Notes under the pieces: model-generated
Database searches by the model: none
What the model was told of the DNA's origin: nothing
Seen by the model: only the letters and a program-made list of their open reading frames with translations
Shown here: positions 27,659 through 30,429 of the stretch, piece by piece
Layout of the letters: each line of letters opens with the position of its first letter
How positions within the stretch are numbered: the stretch's first letter is position 1
Translations under genes and position numbers: made by a program
Origin: Nitrospirota bacterium
GTDB lineage: Bacteria > Nitrospirota > Thermodesulfovibrionia > Thermodesulfovibrionales > Dissulfurispiraceae
NCBI GenBank assembly: GCA_040754455.1
Contig: JBFMCP010000008.1
Span: forward strand, 1-30,429
Direction: 5' to 3'
DNA length: 30,429 nucleotides

Positions 27659-28785
27659 TCAAGATAGACCGGCGCCTGAGCAAGAGCTTTGATTGGATAA
27701 CGTTCGGCCTCATCGTAAGTCTTTCCCTTATCGGCATTATGACCATTTACAGCGCCACAAGGCCTGCGCTCGATGTCGGAAAGCATTCGGACTTTTATAT
27801 ACGTCAGATTATCTGGCTGCTGATCAGTGTCGGCGCCTTATTCACGATAGTGTTTTTCGACTACAAATGGCTCCAGCGGATCGCCTATCCGCTCTACGGG
27901 GTAGGGTTGCTTCTTCTCATGGCGGTGCTTGCTGCGGGGAGATCGAGTCTGGGAGCTCAACGGTGGCTCGATCTGGGCTTTTTCTCTTTTCAGCCTTCGG
28001 AGTTCTTCAGGATGATGTTCATCATCGCCTTCTCAACCTATCTGTCCACGAGCGAACAGCATGGGCATGAGAAGATGTCGGCAAAGAGCATCGTCATTTT
28101 CGCCCTGCTCCCTCTTGCCCTGCTCATCAAACAGCCTGACCTGGGGACGGCGATCCTTCTGTCGTCAATCTTTGTGACGCTCTCCGTCGCCAAAGGCGTC
28201 AGCCGGAAGATTATTACTATTGTTCTTGTTATCGGTCTCATCTCCGTTCCTTTTTTGGGACATATCTTCTGGGACGGGCTGAAGGACTATCAAAGGAACC
28301 GCCTCATCGCCTTTATGGATCCCGATGTTGATCCCGCGGGAATCGGCTACCACATCAACCAATCGAAAATATCGATCGGCTCCGGCGGGGTTTTTGGCAA
28401 AGGATATATGCAGGGGACCCAGGGACCATTGCGGTTTCTCCCAGAAAAGCATACGGACTTCATTTTTGCGGTCTTTGCCGAGGAGTGGGGGTTTGTCGGG
28501 AGCGTTATCCTCCTCGTCATTTATTTTATCCTCTTTATAAGGGGCATCGACACCGCTTATAAAGCAAAGGATGAGTTTGGAAAACTTATGGCGACCGGTA
28601 TCACGGCGATGTTTTTCGTCTATTTTTGCGTTAACATCGGTATGACGATGGGCATGATGCCGGTGGTAGGGGTGCCGTTGCCCTTTGTGAGTTACGGAGG
28701 CACGGCGCTGCTCAGCAATTTCATCGCTGCAGGCGTTCTGATTAATGTCAGGACGAGGCGATTCGAGTTGTTCTATCCCTCATGA
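27655..28785 (+). CDS. rodA: SEDS peptidoglycan polymerase RodA
   Basis: GAQRW, FQPSEF, QPDLGT, FLPEKHTDFIF, PVVGVPLPFVSYGG. Confidence 0.97.
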   Translation: MIKIDRRLSKSFDWITFGLIVSLSLIGIMTIYSATRPALDVGKHSDFYIRQIIWLLISVGALFTIVFFDYKWLQRIAYPLYGVGLLLLMAVLAAGRSSLGAQRWLDLGFFSFQPSEFFRMMFIIAFSTYLSTSEQHGHEKMSAKSIVIFALLPLALLIKQPDLGTAILLSSIFVTLSVAKGVSRKIITIVLVIGLISVPFLGHIFWDGLKDYQRNRLIAFMDPDVDPAGIGYHINQSKISIGSGGVFGKGYMQGTQGPLRFLPEKHTDFIFAVFAEEWGFVGSVILLVIYFILFIRGIDTAYKAKDEFGKLMATGITAMFFVYFCVNIGMTMGMMPVVGVPLPFVSYGGTALLSNFIAAGVLINVRTRRFELFYPS

Positions 28786-28805
28786 ATACAAGCAAGAAGT
28801 AACAG

Positions 28806-28879
28806 CAGAATCCAGAAGTCAGGGGTCAGGAGAAAAAGGAAGCAAGATTTTATTCTGAATTCTGGCTCCTGAATTCTTA
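28806..28879. repeat. Intergenic heptamer-repeat inverted arms
   Basis: CAGAATC-CAGAAGT-CAGGGGT-CAGGAGA facing ATTCTGA-ATTCTGG-CTCCTGA-ATTCTTA. Confidence 0.75.
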
Positions 28880-28922
28880 TTTTATGATAATATATCAAGT
28901 ACATTATGTGAGGAGGAGTGGT

Positions 28923-29384
28923 ATGAAGATCATAGAAGGTGAGCTTCAGGCAAAAGGATTAAAATTCGGTGTTGTGGTGAGCAGGTTCAACGATTTTATT
29001 ACCTCCCGCCTTCTCGATGGGTCTGTTGATGCACTGGTAAGGCACGGAGCTAAGGAAGAGGATATCGAAGTTGTGAAAGTCCCCGGTGCCTTTGAAATCC
29101 CTCTTGTGGCAAAAAAGATGGCGGCAAAGGGTTCCTATAACGCCGTAATCTGCCTCGGTACCGTGATCAGGGGAGCGACCCCGCACTTCGACTACGTTGC
29201 CGCCGAGGTCTCGAAAGGCATTGCCGCTGCCTCGATGGAAACAGGGGTGCCGATTGCCTTCGGTGTCATTACCTCTGATACGATCGAGCAGGCGGTTGAG
29301 CGTGCAGGTACAAAGTCCGGCAACAAGGGATGGGACGCTGCAATTACGGCTATTGAAATGGCACAGGTGGTAAAAAGGCTGTAA
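28923..29384 (+). CDS. ribH: 6,7-dimethyl-8-ribityllumazine synthase
   Basis: [36 protein letters not shown] 28923 follows SD GAGGAG. Confidence 0.98.
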   Translation: MKIIEGELQAKGLKFGVVVSRFNDFITSRLLDGSVDALVRHGAKEEDIEVVKVPGAFEIPLVAKKMAAKGSYNAVICLGTVIRGATPHFDYVAAEVSKGIAAASMETGVPIAFGVITSDTIEQAVERAGTKSGNKGWDAAITAIEMAQVVKRL

Positions 29385-29452
29385 TCAGTGATCGGTTATC
29401 CACGATTGGTGAGAAAAGAAGAAAATTTCTTTTACTAATTACTCATTACGAT
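29381..29452. repeat. Intergenic heptamer-repeat inverted arms (degenerate)
   Basis: GTAATCA-GTGATCG-GTTATCC-ACGATTG-GTGAG facing TTACTAA-TTACTCA-TTACGAT. Confidence 0.55.
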
Positions 29453-29455
29453 GAT

Positions 29456-29923
29456 ATGAAGCGAAGAACAGCCCGAGAATACGCGCTGCAGTTTCTCTAC
29501 CGCATTGACTTCGTCAATGTGCCTGAGGGATCTGCGCGAACCTTTGACCTGGAGACTGATTCAGCGGCTTTGAGAGAGGATATCAATGCATTTTGGGAAG
29601 AGGTTGAAGACAAAGACCCGGAGATAAAGGCCTTTGCCGAAGGCATCATCCTGGGGACCATTGGCAATCTCGCGGTGATCGATGCCCTTCTCCAAAAAGT
29701 GGCTGAGAAGTGGAAACTCTCCCGGATGGCGACCATTGACCGGAACATCCTCCGCTTCGCAACCTACGAATTGCTTTTTCGAAAGGACATCCCGAGTGCG
29801 GTGACGATCAACGAGGCGCTGGAGATTGCCAAAAAGTATTCCACTGCTGAATCGGCCGCTTTTATCAACGGACTGCTTGACAGGATCGCCCGAGAGCATG
29901 GAACCAAGAGTGATAAAGACTGA
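29456..29923 (+). CDS. nusB: Transcription antitermination factor NusB
   Basis: RRTAREYALQFLY, W.L.RM..IDRNILR, INEALEIAKKYS, FINGLLD; follows ribH. Confidence 0.97.
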   Translation: MKRRTAREYALQFLYRIDFVNVPEGSARTFDLETDSAALREDINAFWEEVEDKDPEIKAFAEGIILGTIGNLAVIDALLQKVAEKWKLSRMATIDRNILRFATYELLFRKDIPSAVTINEALEIAKKYSTAESAAFINGLLDRIAREHGTKSDKD

Positions 29924-30050
29924 TCACTCGTGGGGCACACCTTCCCCGCACCGAGCAGGACGACATGCCGCTGCGCTCACCTGCCTGCTTATGACTATAC
30001 TTCGTGAGGAGATGTCGCTCTGAATACACCCCGACTATACTACGCCGCAC

Positions 30051-30428
30051 TCATTCTTGAAAGAAGATTCTGTCGGGTGAGAGCACTGAAGCGCTGTCGT
30101 ACTCGCTCATAACCAGGTCCTTCAGATAACTGATGCTTTCGACCGCCTTGTGTTTCTGTCCGGCAACGAGCTGTGCGACACCGAGATTGAGCAGGGCTTT
30201 CGCATAATCAGGCTTGATCAGAATCGCCTGGTCGAAGGCCTCGATGGCCGCATCATACCTGCCGGTCTTGAGGTAAGTCACTCCGAGATTGTTGTGCGCC
30301 TCTGCGTAGTCGGGACGGATGGCGATGGCCTGCCTGAGGGCGTCGATCGCCTCGGAGTATCTGCGGAGCTTGCCGTAGGCGACGCCGAGACTGAAGTAGG
30401 CCTTTGCGTAGTCGGGACGGATGGCGAT
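30051..30428 (-). CDS. TPR-repeat protein, C-terminal part (5' end outside window)
   Basis: Reads IAIRPDYAKAYFSLGVAYGKLRRYSEAIDALRQAIAIRPDYAEAHNNLGVTYLKTGRYDAAIEAFDQAILIKPDYAKALLNLG..., i.e. 34-aa repeats. Confidence 0.92.
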   Translation of the reverse strand: MAIRPDYAKAYFSLGVAYGKLRRYSEAIDALRQAIAIRPDYAEAHNNLGVTYLKTGRYDAAIEAFDQAILIKPDYAKALLNLGVAQLVAGQKHKAVESISYLKDLVMSEYDSASVLSPDRIFFQE

Positions 30429-30429
30429 G

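Overview
Bacterial chromosomal window of moderately high GC. The protein style suggests an anaerobic Nitrospirota or deltaproteobacterium-like organism (inference only). The left ~15 kb is accessory. It holds the right end of an IS1202/ISNCY-like element, two paralogous cold-shock genes sharing a terminator-like leader hairpin, a LysE exporter, a 7-heme NapC/NirT-type cytochrome, cfa with no canonical start codon for its full-length form, an Sfum_1244-like protein, a complete IS1111-type (IS110 family) element, and a NosL-NosL-ABC-SCO-cytochrome c/periplasmic-binding-protein cluster without nosZ. The right ~15 kb is housekeeping: dnaE-accA, ftsY, an Ig-repeat exported protein, RDD-mreBCD-mrdA-rodA-ribH-nusB, and a truncated TPR gene. 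Two observations stand out, and neither is in the ORF track. (1) A 56-codon Cys-rich gene at 6647-6817 (-) has an in-frame TGA exactly at a CxxC cysteine position (CPVC..CPE[TGA]..CPVC), followed immediately by a SECIS-like hairpin, making it a candidate mini-selenoprotein. (2) The IS1111-type element is inserted in that gene's Shine-Dalgarno sequence, and its non-coding end carries two short segments matching the two halves of the reconstructed target on opposite strands, as expected for a bridge/seekRNA.
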